From assembly GCA_020137815.1 (NCBI GenBank), contig CM035357.1:2356001-2420000 (forward strand): a DNA stretch of 64,000 nt, given 5' to 3'. A program made the translations under genes and the position numbers. Origin of the DNA: Hormiphora californensis (lineage: Eukaryota > Animalia > Ctenophora). Shown here in pieces: positions 1 through 20,990 of the stretch (within the stretch, counting starts at the first letter, position 1; each line of letters starts with the position of its first letter). The notes beneath the pieces were generated by a model that was not told the origin of the DNA, made no database searches, and saw nothing but the letters and a program-made list of their open reading frames with translations.

Positions 1-237
1 GGAGACAGAGCGTAATATAGAGAAGAGCAGAGAATAAAAGAAAGAAAGAGAGGGAACCTTCAATCTCTAAATGGATCTCTCACTGATTCGCAAAACCAAC
101 AGATAGATGTAAAACAAGATCGATTCTGCAGAGACAAGGATAAGGAGCACCCCGGATCTGATAAAGTTGATGAAGTAAAAAAGTTCTCATCACATCATTA
201 AAACATCAGTTGAGAATTTGCAGGGACCGATTAACGA

Positions 238-319
<82 letters not shown>

Positions 320-1785
320 GAGAGAGATTGAGAAAGAGAGACATCATCAACTCCAATTTTGATACTTATCGAAGCCGGTTAAACGGTGAGTGATGGATCT
401 GGGATCGGAAATAGTCCGTCAACGTCTCGCTAGATGCTGACGGTGATAATAATATTTCCAAGATCTTGGAAGAGATTTGTCTAGATCTTTAGCAGAAGAA
501 GGGACTGCACCATCCCAAAACTATCTGTGTGTGTGTGTGTGTAATTTATCCACTTGATAATCCCATATTCCATAATCCATCTAGGAGCTTGACTCAATGT
601 GTCAATGACCCTCGAGTTTCTTGTGGTGTCATTTCGGTCATGTACCTACCGTATTATATCAAGACCGAATTTAGGTGTCTGTATTTGTGTTGAGTTTAGG
701 TATATGTGCTGGCAGGCGAAAGGAATTTCACACATTCTTCAAACAGTATATGTATACAGGCTGAAAACGCTGCATTACTCGATGCTGTATTGAAATGTTT
801 GTAATATTGCAGACAGAGCATGTTAACAACAAACAGAACTAGTGATAATGTAGCCATGCGAGATGCTTCACAGATAACACACTATAAAGCCCCTCCCTCC
901 AACTAGATTGTTGCAATGTGCTATGCTTCACAGACACTGAGCTTCCCCAATCCAATCACCTTCAATCGACGGGCACCTCTTGCAAACATGAAACAATCTG
1001 ATATTCTTTAGAGTTACTATAATGAACTGAAGAGTTTAACTAATGAAGCATGAAGAACATGAACACGATAATGAAGTACTCATTGGGTTCATTAGAATGC
1101 AAAGAACACAGAAGAGACAGAACTATCTTTATATGAGAAGTAGTTATTATATTACCGATGTTGTATGAACTTATTACCGCAATGTTTATTGCTGTAGTCA
1201 GAACTATCATACGGCCATTGATAATCTTCAATGAACTTGAGTAATAATGGGCAAAGGCGTGAACATGTAATAATGAACCATAGTCGGCCAACTCTTTGAA
1301 CGAACAGAAAAATTGAAAGTGGGTATCAAAAAGGGCACACACTAACACACAGTGGCAAAATAAATTTCACAGCTGTTACATCTGTGGCCACAAAAGTGGA
1401 AATTCTTGTACGAATCGCGTATGAGACTCTCGGAAACCGGAGAAAATGTGGTCTGGGAAATTTTTCCGACTGTGTGAAATTACTAACAACAACTCTGCCA
1501 ACTTAGTGGATGGGTGAAAAACGGAATTGTTGTTAGTGGGTAATAACTACAAACATATATCGGCGAATAAAGGACATAAAAAGGAAAAATAATAAAGAAT
1601 GTCGATATCGGGCGGTATCAGATAGTAAAAATTACAGTACTTTTTCGCGATGATAGGCGGCGAAAGCAAGAAGAAGGCAGGTATTGGCATTTTTATGGGG
1701 TCCGTTGGAAATTGATGGGAAGTTTAAAAGTGCAAATTTGACATAAATACATCATCAATTTCCCAACATTAGTCAACCACAATTT

Positions 1786-1880
<95 letters not shown>

Positions 1881-2029
1881 TAGGGGGTGAAGTAACCTGG
1901 TGGTTTAATAGGTAATCCAACATAATTAATACATGACGTGTTTTACACTAAAATTAGTAAACACCTCACACATCCTACATTGTATTTTGTAGATCCCATC
2001 CTCCCCTATTTAAATTAAATTTTAATGTA

Positions 2030-2192
2030 CAGTCGGACCCCGATTTACCGGGATGCTCGGGGGAAAGGGTTTTGCCCGGTAAATCGGGGTGCCCGGTATA
2101 TCGGGGTCAAATACTGTTAATTTCCTATTTCCGCCTTCCGGGGAAGATTATCCTCCCGGTAAATCGGGGCCCGGTAAGTCGGGGTCCGACTG
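2030..2192. mobile_element. Tc1/mariner (pogo/Tigger-like) MITE
   Basis: TIRs CAGTCGGACCCCGATTTACCGGG ... CCCGGTAAGTCGGGGTCCGACTG flanked by TA on both sides (2028-29, 2193-94). Degenerate relatives at about 26405-26470 and 32886-32957. Confidence 0.85.
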
Positions 2193-5100
2193 TACATGAG
2201 AGTGCTAAATTACTAAAACCATTTCACCACATAAATATTAACTAACTCAGCTACAATTTATCCAGACCAAATATGCTACAGTTGAAGTTGGGCTTTAGTA
2301 ACCAATTTATATCTGCCCCAGTTGTGCAGACCAGTAATTATCAACAAAAATAGCTTAATTATCAATAAAAAGTTTTCTAATTGTGTGGTTAATTGGTTAG
2401 TTAATTACCTGGTCGAAGAATCCACTTATATAATCCCACATCTCCTTTCCTTCATATAAAGTGCCCCCTCAGTTAGTCATTAGGTCCTTAATTAGGGTAA
2501 TTAGTTGCTTGATTGTGAAGGGGGTGAAGGACGGAAACGTCTCCCAAATTCCAATATATTGACTCAATATTTTTTTATATTAAAAGAAACCAATGAGCGG
2601 AAAGGAAGAGAGAGAGAAGACGAGAAGGGAAAGAGAGAGCGGCAGAGAGGAGAGAAGAGAGAAGGAGGGAGAAAAAAAGAGAGGGAAAGGGTTTAAAAAG
2701 ATAGAAAAAAAAAAAAAAGGGGGAAAGGGGAAAGAAAGAGAAGAAAAAGGGGAAAGAAAAAAAAAAAGAAAATAAAAAAGAAAAACAAAGGAGAAAGAAA
2801 GGGGAAAAAAAAAAAACAAAAAAAAATATACCAAAAAAAACCCCCCCAGAGCTAAGAAAAAAAAGGGAAAGGGCCCAAAAACACCCTGAGTTTTTAGGTA
2901 GTCTTTTTTCGAAGAATTCCTCCCTTTTTAAAAATCTGAATTCCCCAAACCCGGGTCCAGAGAAAGACAGAATCATCTTGTATACCATTCCCTTCTATTT
3001 CATTACTTAGAGCTCATTTAAAGGGAGGAGTACTACGAGACACTTAAACCCCCTAAAAAAGGGAAAAACCTACGGATGATCACTAGACCCCCACAAGAAG
3101 CCTAAAATTTTTCAAAACAGTTAATGATGAAGCGATTGTTGAGAAGAAGATGATAAGGTACTATAAGACCGCGGTGGGGTGTGATACAGTTAAAGCCCCG
3201 GTGGGGAAGAATTAAGTGGTTTATATGAACTCATAATAACAAAAATATAGAGGAGCGGGGGGTGGGATAAGAAAGAAAGAAAAATGGTGTTTTAATAGAA
3301 TTTACACACACCGAACACTAAAATAGCATCCGAACTGTTGTTTCACACAAACCCGTGACAAATTTTTTGGCGATGTCTTTGGTAGATTTATTTCAAAAAT
3401 CTGAAAAAATAAATCATGACTTTTCATTCAAAACAAAAAATCACCAAAAATTCGAGAATTATGAGTAGGGGGGTTGTTTTGAGGGAAAGAAGTTAGAAAG
3501 TCAAATGCACAGCAATTAAAGGGTTGTTTTTTTTGCGTTTAAAAAAAGCAGCCTACTCTCTCTTCTCCCTTTTTTCCCTCCCGGCCCCGGGGGGGGGGAA
3601 AGAAAAAAGGGAAATGGGGGAAGAGAAGAAAGAGAGGAGAGAGGGGGAGAGAGAAGGGGGGAAAAAAGAAGAGAAGAAAACGAGAAGAAAAAAAAATGGA
3701 TAAAAAACCCTCTTTTGTACGTCGAATGAATATGACGACAGAGATTGCTTTGTTGCTGCATGTTAGTGTGTGTGATCCGGTCAAAGCGTTCTGGAGGATG
3801 TGAAAAGAATAGAGTTCTATCTTCTCTCTATCTCTCTCCTTTCCCTCTTTCCATACCCTCTCTTTTTTTCTTTTTCCCAAATAAAAACTATGCAATAGAA
3901 AAAGAAGATGTATCGATATACTCGATGTACAAAAAATTTTTAAATTCGGTGCACTAAAATAATTTCCCCAAAACCCGCAAAAACCCCCCCCTCCACAAAT
4001 CACCCCAAAAGGAAGAAAAAATAAAAAAAAAAAAAAGAAAGAAGAAAGAGGGGAAAGAGGAAAAATTGGGGGATGAAAAAGGGGGGGGGGGCAAAACCCG
4101 GGGTTTCTTTTTTTCAAAATTTCGGCTTCCCCTACCAACTTCCCTAAGTTTTGGACTTTCCCCCGAAAATAGTTCAAGAAAAAGAGAGAGAGAGAGCGTG
4201 CTTTTGGGATGATGATACTTACAAAATACAAAATGCACGTGTTTATTGGTTTTTTAGGCCACGTGATTATCTAAAAGCGATGGTAAAAAGAGTAAAAATT
4301 TAGTTACCATCCGTGTCATTTGCAGGAAATATAGTTTCGCAATTCGCATCTTCCGATGGTAATGCCCAGCAACAAAAAAAAAAGAGGAGATAAGAAGAGA
4401 GAGGAAAGGAGGTGCAGAGGAGAGAGGAGAAAGGGAGAGAGGGAAAAGAGAGACAGAGAGAGAGAGAGTAAATGAGAGACAGAGAGAGAGAGCTGTGTGA
4501 GACCATATAACAGTTTAAGTAATCGGGGAATCAGGATATTAACATTTTAGTTAAACGTTGTACCAGTTGAAGGACTAAAGTTCCTTGACTCCATTACCTT
4601 GGCAAATAAAACACACACCTACCAAGCGTGTGGACTCATACTTTATAACATGACTGCAACATCACGCACGCTGCCCGGTTCGAAGAGTGCAGTCTTATGC
4701 AAAACAAGAGAGTCAAACACTTGTTTAGAGTGCCAGAAAGAGAAGCACTTCTGTACTAGACAAGTAAACTAGCCCGTGTCAGAAACACCTAACTCCCCCC
4801 CCCCCCAGCTCAGTGCAATAAAACTTTCCCTTACAGTAGGCATGAAGCTGCCTTGTTTAGTATAGTACAATGCCGTCAACTAATTCCTTGCAGGTCACGC
4901 AACCCTGACCAAAAGCTGGGAAACCTTGCTAGAAAACCCTATCCCTCCATTCCTGTCTCTCTCTCCCTATCTTTATCTCACCTTTACCAGCTGACCGTTT
5001 TGAGGGAGGGACAGGGGGTAAAATAACACTGGCAGGTGCATTCCTTCAGTGGACATGATTAGTGCGAGAGTGGGTTGAGCAAGGCAAATTAGGGCAGGGT

Positions 5101-5716
5101 GGACCCTCATTGGCTGCAGGTGCAAGTAACTCAAACCTCAAAAATTGTGCTGTCACATGTGGATTGTGGTCACACACTTTGCTCCAAACTTTGCTACTCC
5201 AAACCCTGCAGTACTAACAAAAATGTGCCCCTCACTCACCGCCTTAGTAAACACTGCGTTTGGAGCTGAAATTCAATAAAATTGAGTGGATGTGAGCCGC
5301 TTTTAATGTATAAAATTTGTTGTTAACACAAGCGTTGGCCTGACAGGGGCTAGGCCATATAAAAGCAACAGTGGGGCGAAGTGGTCCTACTCACTATACA
5401 ACGGTTAGGGCCTTTCAAGGGTATCGTAATCGAAAGAATACTATAGTATCAACTTGACTAGTCTTGATTTGTTACTGAACTGTTCATTATACCCTTGTCT
5501 ATCAGCTAGTAGACAATTCGGCGCGGGGTTTTGTGCCACAATATATACGGCTGAACTTTTCGTAGTCGCCGATTTTGAAAGTTTGGGTGGAAAAATTCAA
5601 CCTCTCAGACCACCCCCCCTCCCCCCAAGCATGTATATAACCCCACAACTAATTAATTAGCTAAGTCACCGATAATTAGTTAGCTAATTAACAAATCACA
5701 TCTAAGCAGCACTTAC

Positions 5717-6516
5717 GAGGTGAGGAAACATAGTAGTCATTGTGGCTGGGTGCAGTGGATAACTTCCGTCCTAGGCTGCTCTGAAAAACAACATTATGTT
5801 AACTAATTAACCAATTAGTTAATTAATCTATCTACCTACAGTCTAGAAACTACTATATATACTATACATTGACTAGGGTGGACTCGCTTTAGACCCCCTT
5901 CTGAGACTCTATCTATCTCTCTCTCAGTGCTCACCAGGTTTCCCTTTATATTCTCCATGGTACAGGAGGGTGGTCCGAACTTCTTGTTCCGTACTATCTC
6001 CGGAAGTTTATCCTCAATCTCGTCCCCAAACTCATCGTTCTCCTCTTCTTCGCTTTCTTCTCCCTCATCTGAGATGAATTGTTGATTGGTGTTTGAAAAA
6101 TGAAAAAGGAAGGGAATCCCAATTTTTCAGAACTCCACTGTGTGAAGTGGACACCCCCGCTCATTGGGCAAGATCGGATGTTGGGCAATTGAGCAGTGAG
6201 CAGATCGGGTTTACCCAACAACTACAACCTTTATCTACCGAACCCTCACAGTGCGGTATGCTCCATACAACCATTAGTAATGAAATTTGCCATCTGTTAT
6301 GGCTCAGTGCTCACAGTATGCAATAAAAGGGGTGACTTCGTAACCAACACAACCACCAGTTACAACCCAATTACCAGTTACAACCCATTTACCGGAGAAA
6401 TTGTCACTCTCGTAGGGGGAATCCTCCTCATCCTCCTCATCCCTCTCCACTCTCCCAGTACTGTCCTCCCCAACAGGCTTGCCAATACGGGGTATCCGTG
6501 GTAGACTTTGACCCAT
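5717..6516 (-). CDS. Uncharacterised protein with acidic N-terminus (5' part of a spliced gene; 3' exons unresolved)
   Basis: Three phase-compatible GT-AG exons 6516-6393, 6068-5935, 5780-5717 give MGQSLPRIP...DEEDEEDSPYESDNFSDEGEESEEEENDEFGDEIEDKLPEIVRNKKFGPP...; AG acceptor 3 nt before the ATG. No recognisable domain. Confidence 0.5.
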
Positions 6517-6523
6517 AATCTGG

Positions 6524-6830
6524 TGGAGTCAAGGGAGGGGATGAGGGGATTTAGGGAGTCAAGGGAGGGGCTGAAGGGATTTAGGGAGTCAAGGGAGGGG
6601 CTGAAGGGGTTTAGGGAGTCAAGGGAGGGGGTTTAGGGAGTCAAGGGAGGGGTTTTAGGGAGCCAAGGGAGGGGGTTAGGGAGTCAAGGGAGGGGCTGAA
6701 GGGGTTTAGTGAGCCAAGGGAGGGGGTTAGGGAGTCAAGGGAGGGGGGCGAGGGAGTCAAGGGACTAGGGAGGGGGCGAGGGAGTCAAGGGAGGGGTTTA
6801 GGGAGTCAAGGGAGGGGGTTAGGGAGCCAA
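6524..6830. repeat. G-rich minisatellite (21/30-bp units, TTAGGGAGTCAAGGGAGGGG)
   Basis: About 13 variant tandem copies visible directly. Confidence 0.9.
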
Positions 6831-7380
6831 GACGGAAGGTATCCGGGGTAGTCCGAACGGGACTATGTCTGCTGGGGACAAGTGACTGTGACACAAGGTG
6901 GTAGGATCGTTATTTGACTAGGGTTGACTAAGCTTGATCTGGCCTCCCTGATCACGCTGCACAGAGGGGTCCAAACTAGACAAAGATTAGTGGCCTCCTG
7001 GATCTATGAGGACCCACAACTCAAGCTCAAGCCTTGCTTGACGCTTGTTGAGTACTCAACAAAGCCTTCCCTAGTGATGTATACCAATAGAGTTATATCA
7101 AGGAGTTTTGACTGCAAACGGCCCCAGAAATGAAAAATTATGGAAGTTTCAACTAAATTGCAAGTGGGTGGAAAAATGAAACCCGCGGCCGTGCTTCAAT
7201 AAATTACTGCTAATGTAAGTTCAGGGAAGCCAGGCTTTCAGAAAGTCTAGCGTGAAGCGTGCCGTGCAAGGACTCTCTCTCTCTCTCTCCCTCTCTCTCT
7301 CTCTCTCCTAATTCCAGTTAATTTTCTACTGAACTACACTCTTCAGCGACAACCGGTCTAATGCACCTCAAAATGTATGT

Positions 7381-7502
<122 letters not shown>

Positions 7503-8034
7503 TGGGAGAGAATGTGACTCCAGATGGTGCACGGAAGGGTGTGGGCTAGCTATTTTCGATGGCTGAAAGGGAGGTGAAAGTTACAGAAATTGAGAACAAC
7601 TGGTTCACGGGATTTTCAACTCAATTTAAACCCACGGTGGGTTTATCAATATTTATTTACAAAAGCACTCAATATCAGAGAAAACGAAAAAAAAAACTAC
7701 CAACCGAAAAAACACGCGATTAATTAACAAAATTAATTCCAGAGAGGGGGGTCGACGATGCGGAAGTAACTGGGAACCGTGACATAAACTATTTCGCGGC
7801 TTAAAACTCTTTCATAGGACTCATTTAGCAAAACTAAATATGACCTCATACATAAATTATACATCCCCGAGCCGTAACAAAACTATGCAATAAATATATA
7901 GAGTCCCAAATACTATAACAGGCACGTGTCTCAAGAAACATCCATCCAATCTTTTTAAATCTGGGTTTTGCCCAATCATTCCATATAAGGAGATGGTTTA
8001 CTTTGGTCCAATTATTCCATTATATAAGGAGTGT

Positions 8035-14721
<6,687 letters not shown>

Positions 14722-16073
14722 ACCGTCGCTACCTGACCATGCACAGAGAGTGGGGAGCTACCGGTTAAGATGTGAGTGATTAAATGTATCAGCGGACGGG
14801 GTTCACACAGCGCAGACACTGACATCACGAAACACTTTCAGTGTGACGAAAAGTTTCGTGAAAAAAGTTCAAGGCCCTGGAAGATTTTTTTGCAAGACTT
14901 AAATTACAAATTTACAGTGCGCGGCGTTGAAAATGCAAGCGCGCGTTAATGTTTACAACGCATGATGTAACTATTCGCGCGTTCCAGACAACCCTCTTCC
15001 TGGATTTTGTTAAACTATCCGTCTCCTTTTTGGATTACAGGTCTTAGCTCCATCACCCGATAAGAGACACATTTTGAGGTTAGGAAGAACACCTCGAGTT
15101 CCTCCTAACCTCCAACTTTGACTTTAGATAACAATTAAATAAACACGGGTGTTCGGAGATATAAAAAGCACGAAACAATACGTCCATGATATCGAATATC
15201 GATACACACACAGTCTAAGAAGAGTTGCAATGTAAATGAGCAATTTAATTTCCTGGTAAATCGTGATCACTGGATGAATTTAGGATCGGTATAGCTTGAA
15301 TTTGGATAAATAAGTTGATTGGCGTAACTAAAATTGGGGTAACTTATTCTTCTGGTTGTTATTGTTATTAAACTGAAAAAATAATCTAAGATTTGGTTTA
15401 ATAATAATTACTGTGCTGTGTGCAGCAGCTCTGATCACGTTCCCTACTAAAACTTTACATTTGTACTCTATTCATTAATTACACGCACACACACAGACCC
15501 TGATGAAACAAAACAAGAAAAAACACTCTCAAAAATATGAATGAGATATACTAAAACAATGAGAGACTGATTGAAAATCGTGGAGTTACTCCAAATCTCC
15601 TCCCGTCAGCAAGAAAAAAGTTCTTAAACTGACTCGGAAAAGAAAAGGATTTTGAGAATGATTGATAATCACTGGTGTACACACTAAAAATTGCAGAGTT
15701 ATTGTAATGCGCCAGCGCCTTGGGAACCAAAGAAACGCCATTGCTAAATTTTCTTAACTTTTCGATCACTGCTTTCTTCAGACTGCTTTCTCGGGGGAAA
15801 TGGACGTTTCTTTGGCTCGATCAATGATGAAATCACGTATGGGGATGAGAAGATATGATCTCTCTCCATCCCTCTCTGTTTTTGGACCAATTATCGGCAC
15901 ACGGTCTTGTAAAAACTCTGTCACAACATATGTACACTCACACACAGACAGACAAACAAACAAATTGTTTTATTTCCCCAAACCTTTTCACTAGAGCTCT
16001 GTCTGTGAAAAACAACTGTCTTTTTGCCACCCTGGTTTCCAAAATAGCAGCACCAGTACCTATCTATCCCAAG

Positions 16074-17455
16074 TTAAAATTGGGGCATACCACCGTATGC
16101 GGCAGCAGCTGCAGCAGCATAAGCAGCAGCTGAGGCCATAGCGGGGTCCTGCATTGCTGCTTGTTGGAATAGGGCCTGATTGATATCCGGGTATATGTAC
16201 ATTCCTGAAAGGGGAGGGAGATTAGTGGGTGGCGATAACAGTTAGTTCGGATAAATCAGAGGAGTTATTTTTTTCAGGAATTATTGGGGAATTATTAAGC
16301 AAAAAGTATTGCTGAGTAGGTAATTAATTAATTAAATAATTACCTGATTGGGCGGCTGCAGCAGCGGCAGGATTCATCAACATCGCCCCTGGGAATTATC
16401 CAATTAGCAATCAATTAAGTAGTGTGATTAATTAACAAAATAGCAAGATTTGTTGACATCCAAATCATTGGACGATAATTCCCAATCTATAGCATGCGCC
16501 CCATGTTCTCAATTAATCCAGAATAAATCCAGCATGGGATAATGAACGAGTAATAATCTTGCTGACCAATTATCTAATTGATGACTAATTAGGTAATTAA
16601 GGACTAATTAGCTTCGTTTCTTCGCACATGAACCAAACAGAAATATAAGATAAGAAAGATTTCAGCGAATAATAGGGGTGTGTTTTTAGTTATTGAGTGG
16701 TAAATTGAAACCTATAATTAGAGCCGTCTAATTAATTAATTAATCTTGTGTTATAGTTAACAGCCATGGAACGTATAATAGAGATCAAGACGAACAAAGA
16801 TGATAAGATAAAGGAATGTATATATTTTGGGTAGCTGGGTTGTTCATTTCTCGCGATGATATTACCTACTGGACCCGCCGAGTGACACGGCCGCTCTCCC
16901 AGCCTTAACTTGGCAACTTTGAATTCTAGGTCACTTGCTTCTGAGAGGACGACAACATTGGAAGCAATGGATCATTGGACGTTCATTTGACTGTGACATA
17001 AACTCAGCAGTTCATTGTGTGAAGTGCGACATAAACTCAGCAGTTCATTCTGTGAAGTGTGACATGAATCTCTCGATGTGAGTTGAAACTTTAAAGCTGG
17101 CCGTGGAAAACAAATGCACAGATCTGTGTAATTAGGACTTGGTGTTTTTGCAAAATGCAAAAATTCCACGAAAATTCCAAAGAAGTGAATGTTTTAGCAG
17201 TCCCCAACCTACAATCAATTAATCCCCAATTAATTAATTAATTAATAAATTACCATCAATTCCACAGTTCATCTGTTGCAATGTGTACTCAGCAGGCGTA
17301 TGTCTCAGCCTCCTCTGGGGTTTTACAGATTTTATTGGGCACAGCTTGGTAGCCGGGAATATTCGGGAAAGACACCTGAAAATAGAAGGAATTATTATTG
17401 AGTAATGGAAATATGGGGAGTGTGGGTCTCCAAACTGTAACAATCCTTTCTCTCT

Positions 17456-17541
<86 letters not shown>

Positions 17542-20500
17542 TCCAAGCTAACATTAGCTAACACGGCTCGTGTGTATTGTATGTGGGGTGAGCTGTCCGG
17601 TGTACTCAAAGTCAGATTTGCTACCACCACCTGGTAACAATGATATATTCTCCGCAACCAATGAGAATGCTCTGTCAAAGTCAGGTGACTCTTATTGACC
17701 AATGAGAATGCTCCGTTAAAGTCACGTGACTCGTAATGACCAATAGGAATTGAGGATAATGTGAGGATAGAGTTACAGCATTTTGTACCCGATTCTTGGA
17801 GGAGATAGAGAGATAGGGATGGCCAAAGAATGCTGAGCGATAGGGACAAAGAGGAATAATTCAAAAGCAATAGATTTCGCAGCATGTCACTTGAAGATGT
17901 TTATTAATTTAAGCAATAAAAATCCAGCAGACAACACAGAGATTTACACATAATCAACAGACAAATTATCATTTCTTAGATAGACGGTTTCATAACTTAT
18001 TCAAGATCTAAAATATCAAGATACATCACCAACTCCAACTTCAAAGGCCGATTTACAAAATACCACACAATTATATTCTTGAGACATGTCTTGTTAATTA
18101 ACTAATTACGACACTAATTACAGTGTAATTAGTGTAATTTAAACACATATCACGACACTTATATCACATGTGTTACACCATTACCTTATACAAGTACAAC
18201 AGGTTAGGCCAGTCCTGAACTTTTACACTAAACAACTCATACTTTGGGACACCCCATGAGTGCTTACTGGACACGTCCGACAAAACCTACACAACGCGTG
18301 TTTGAGGGATCAAATAACTACAAAGTTATTTGATAATTTGATACATATGGGCCGCAAAGTTATTAATGTACCTGTATGGGTGATTTGTTGCTATCGGGTG
18401 GTTTCATTGTGTAGGTCGGTGTTGCTGGGGTTAGTTCCATCATTCCGGGTAAGAAATCAAACATTCGTTCCTGTTGAAAAAAGGGGGGGGGGGTCAGTTA
18501 TAATCATAATAATCATGATAATAGGGAGATGGGGGGAAGGGGAGATGTTGACTGCTGAGTTATAGGGATATGGGAGATGAGGGGAGAAAAAATAAAAAAG
18601 AATTCAAATTCTATCTTTCCCACATACCGGTCCATCTAGTCCTCGTTTCCTCTTTGGGTCGTACCAAAAGGCGGGAACTCCGTACGGGATCCGGGAGTTA
18701 TGTGGTGCTCCGGGGTTTGCTCCCGCTGCATAGTTTGCACGTGCGCCTCTGCTCCCCGCGGCACCCCTCAGAGGCCTGCCCCTGCAACAGTGGGGGTAAG
18801 ATGTGGAGGTAACCAGGAGGTAACCATAAGGAGGTAACCAAGTGTAATATGGAGGTAACCAAGGGTAACCCGGGTATTTCTAACACTACCTTACCAAGTA
18901 AATAGTAACTGCTACCTAACCCACCTCACACTACCTAGCAACTCACCTCAGGCCCTGTCCTGTTCCAGCAGCTGGTGCAGGAAGCCCACTTGCAGACATG
19001 GCCGTATTAACCCCAGGCATCACGAACTGCTGATATAAGGTTGGAATCCCGTAGGGCGCGTATGGGTTAATTGCTGTTGGTGCAAGTGTGGTTGCTATGG
19101 TAGCGTTGGTGTTCATCATGAGTTTGTGTCGTGTGTGTCGGGCGTAGGTCTCTCTGTCGACCGGTTTAGCTAACGTGACCTGGTGGGATAGAGAGAACGG
19201 GGTAAAACCGAGCTCGTACAACCTCTTGCACAGACAGTTGAGCGAGGGAACGGAAATCACCAAAAATCACCAAAAGAAGAAATGAAACACTCCAAAATGT
19301 TCATCACTAACCTCAACCACGCATCCATCGATCTCCTTCCCATCCATAGCCCTTTTTGCCTTTCTCGCATCTTCCTTGGTGGTAAAGTGCACAAAAGCGT
19401 AATCCCGGATCTTCTTGACCCGTTCTACGGGGGCAAGCTGCTGGAATACCTCTGCGATCGTGCTCTCCTGAGTGTCAATGTGAAGATTCCGTACGTATAG
19501 GATCTTAACCTATGGAGAAGGAAGAGGACGTTGGTTAACGCTGAAACAAATTCAGACCTCATATCCAGCTTTTAAACAAATAATTATTCGACTAACTAAA
19601 TACTTTTTTAACTAATTCATTAACTAATTACCTACTCCAATGAATAATTAATTAACTAATTACCTGTTCCATGATATCCTCATCTACTTCCAACTCTGGT
19701 TCAGCCCAATCTACAGCAATGGTGTGACCCCAAAGTGTGAAAGGTTGGGGGACCTGTCGAAGCAGTTTCCGCCTCGCCATGGCTGCTGATTTGTGGGAAT
19801 CGTACTCGATAAAGGCAAAACCTGGAAGGGGGAATCGGTTCATTATCTTTGACAAATATTGGGATTTAATTTAGCTTTGAAAAGGTCTGTTAGCTCTAAG
19901 GCTCCATTTATTGTACACTCCGAAACCAATTATTTCCTCAAAACTCACCTCGATTCTTGGTTTTATCGTTAGCACTTGGGTAGACAATAACATCCTTCAC
20001 TCCCTCTGTGTTCTTCTGCATCTCAATCATAATCTGCTCTTTGACCACAGTTTTAGGAATTCCACCAATGAAAAGCCGGCAGTTGTCCACACTTGGACAA
20101 ACGCCAATATTCTTACCCCGACGTACCTGTAACAATTGAGGTGTTATAAACAAGTCGAGAGGAACCCTGCCGGGTGAATTAGAGTCGGATTTTTTTTGAA
20201 AATTGAAGTTGTCACCCACGTGAGGCGTGAACAAGTTGGAATATTAGGATTTAGGACTTAGGAGAGAGGGAATGCGGACCGGGAATTTTACTGGAAATGA
20301 GAGTGGTGATTTAGTTGAGTTGTAGTGATGATCACGTGGTTGGACGTGAGTTTTATCAGGCATTATTCGAACTACACGCTACACAGCCCGGTCTGGAAAG
20401 TCTTTTATGAGACAATGATTTAGCTGTGAAAGGTATTTTATAGGCCCTACATATCTTTCACAGCTGAATTACACTGTAGGGGGCGTGAAATGTTCAGCCG

Positions 20501-20911
20501 CCCCTAATTGAGAGCTCCATAGTAACGTAGCAGTGATGATCCCCCCCTTTTTCCAAGAATACACGCAGTAATTTCTCTTCATCTCTAATAACTATGTTTT
20601 ACCAAATTCTAAACTGTAAATATCAGTTCTCTAACTAGATCAAATCCTCACAACAGTAAATAGTTTCTCTCCCTCGATCTCACAAACTGTGTCGATATAC
20701 TACACCAGGTCACGTGATGTATAAACTATAGTTGTAATATCGTCTACTGACCCCCCTCATCAAACTATATAATTCCACTAATTCTTTAATTGTAATCTCT
20801 AGGCCCTTCTCAAGAGTTAATTTTGAGACATTCAACCCGGCTACTCTATCAAATCATTTGTGACAGAGAGAGACATAGATGGTGATGGAAAGTGAGAGAG
20901 ATAGATATTAG

Positions 20912-20990
<79 letters not shown>

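Noticed and set aside
599-1348. Short ORFs 599-793 (+) and 1040-1348 (-)
   Set aside because: No recognisable motif, splice structure or homology by eye.
2560-4260. ORFs rich in F/K/E/R and long A/G homopolymers
   Set aside because: Looks like low-quality long-read consensus (GA repeats degraded to homopolymers); translations are low-complexity artefacts.
6524-6830. Telomeric TTAGGG array or coding repeat
   Set aside because: TTAGGG is only part of a 21/30-bp unit, and unit-length changes break any reading frame.
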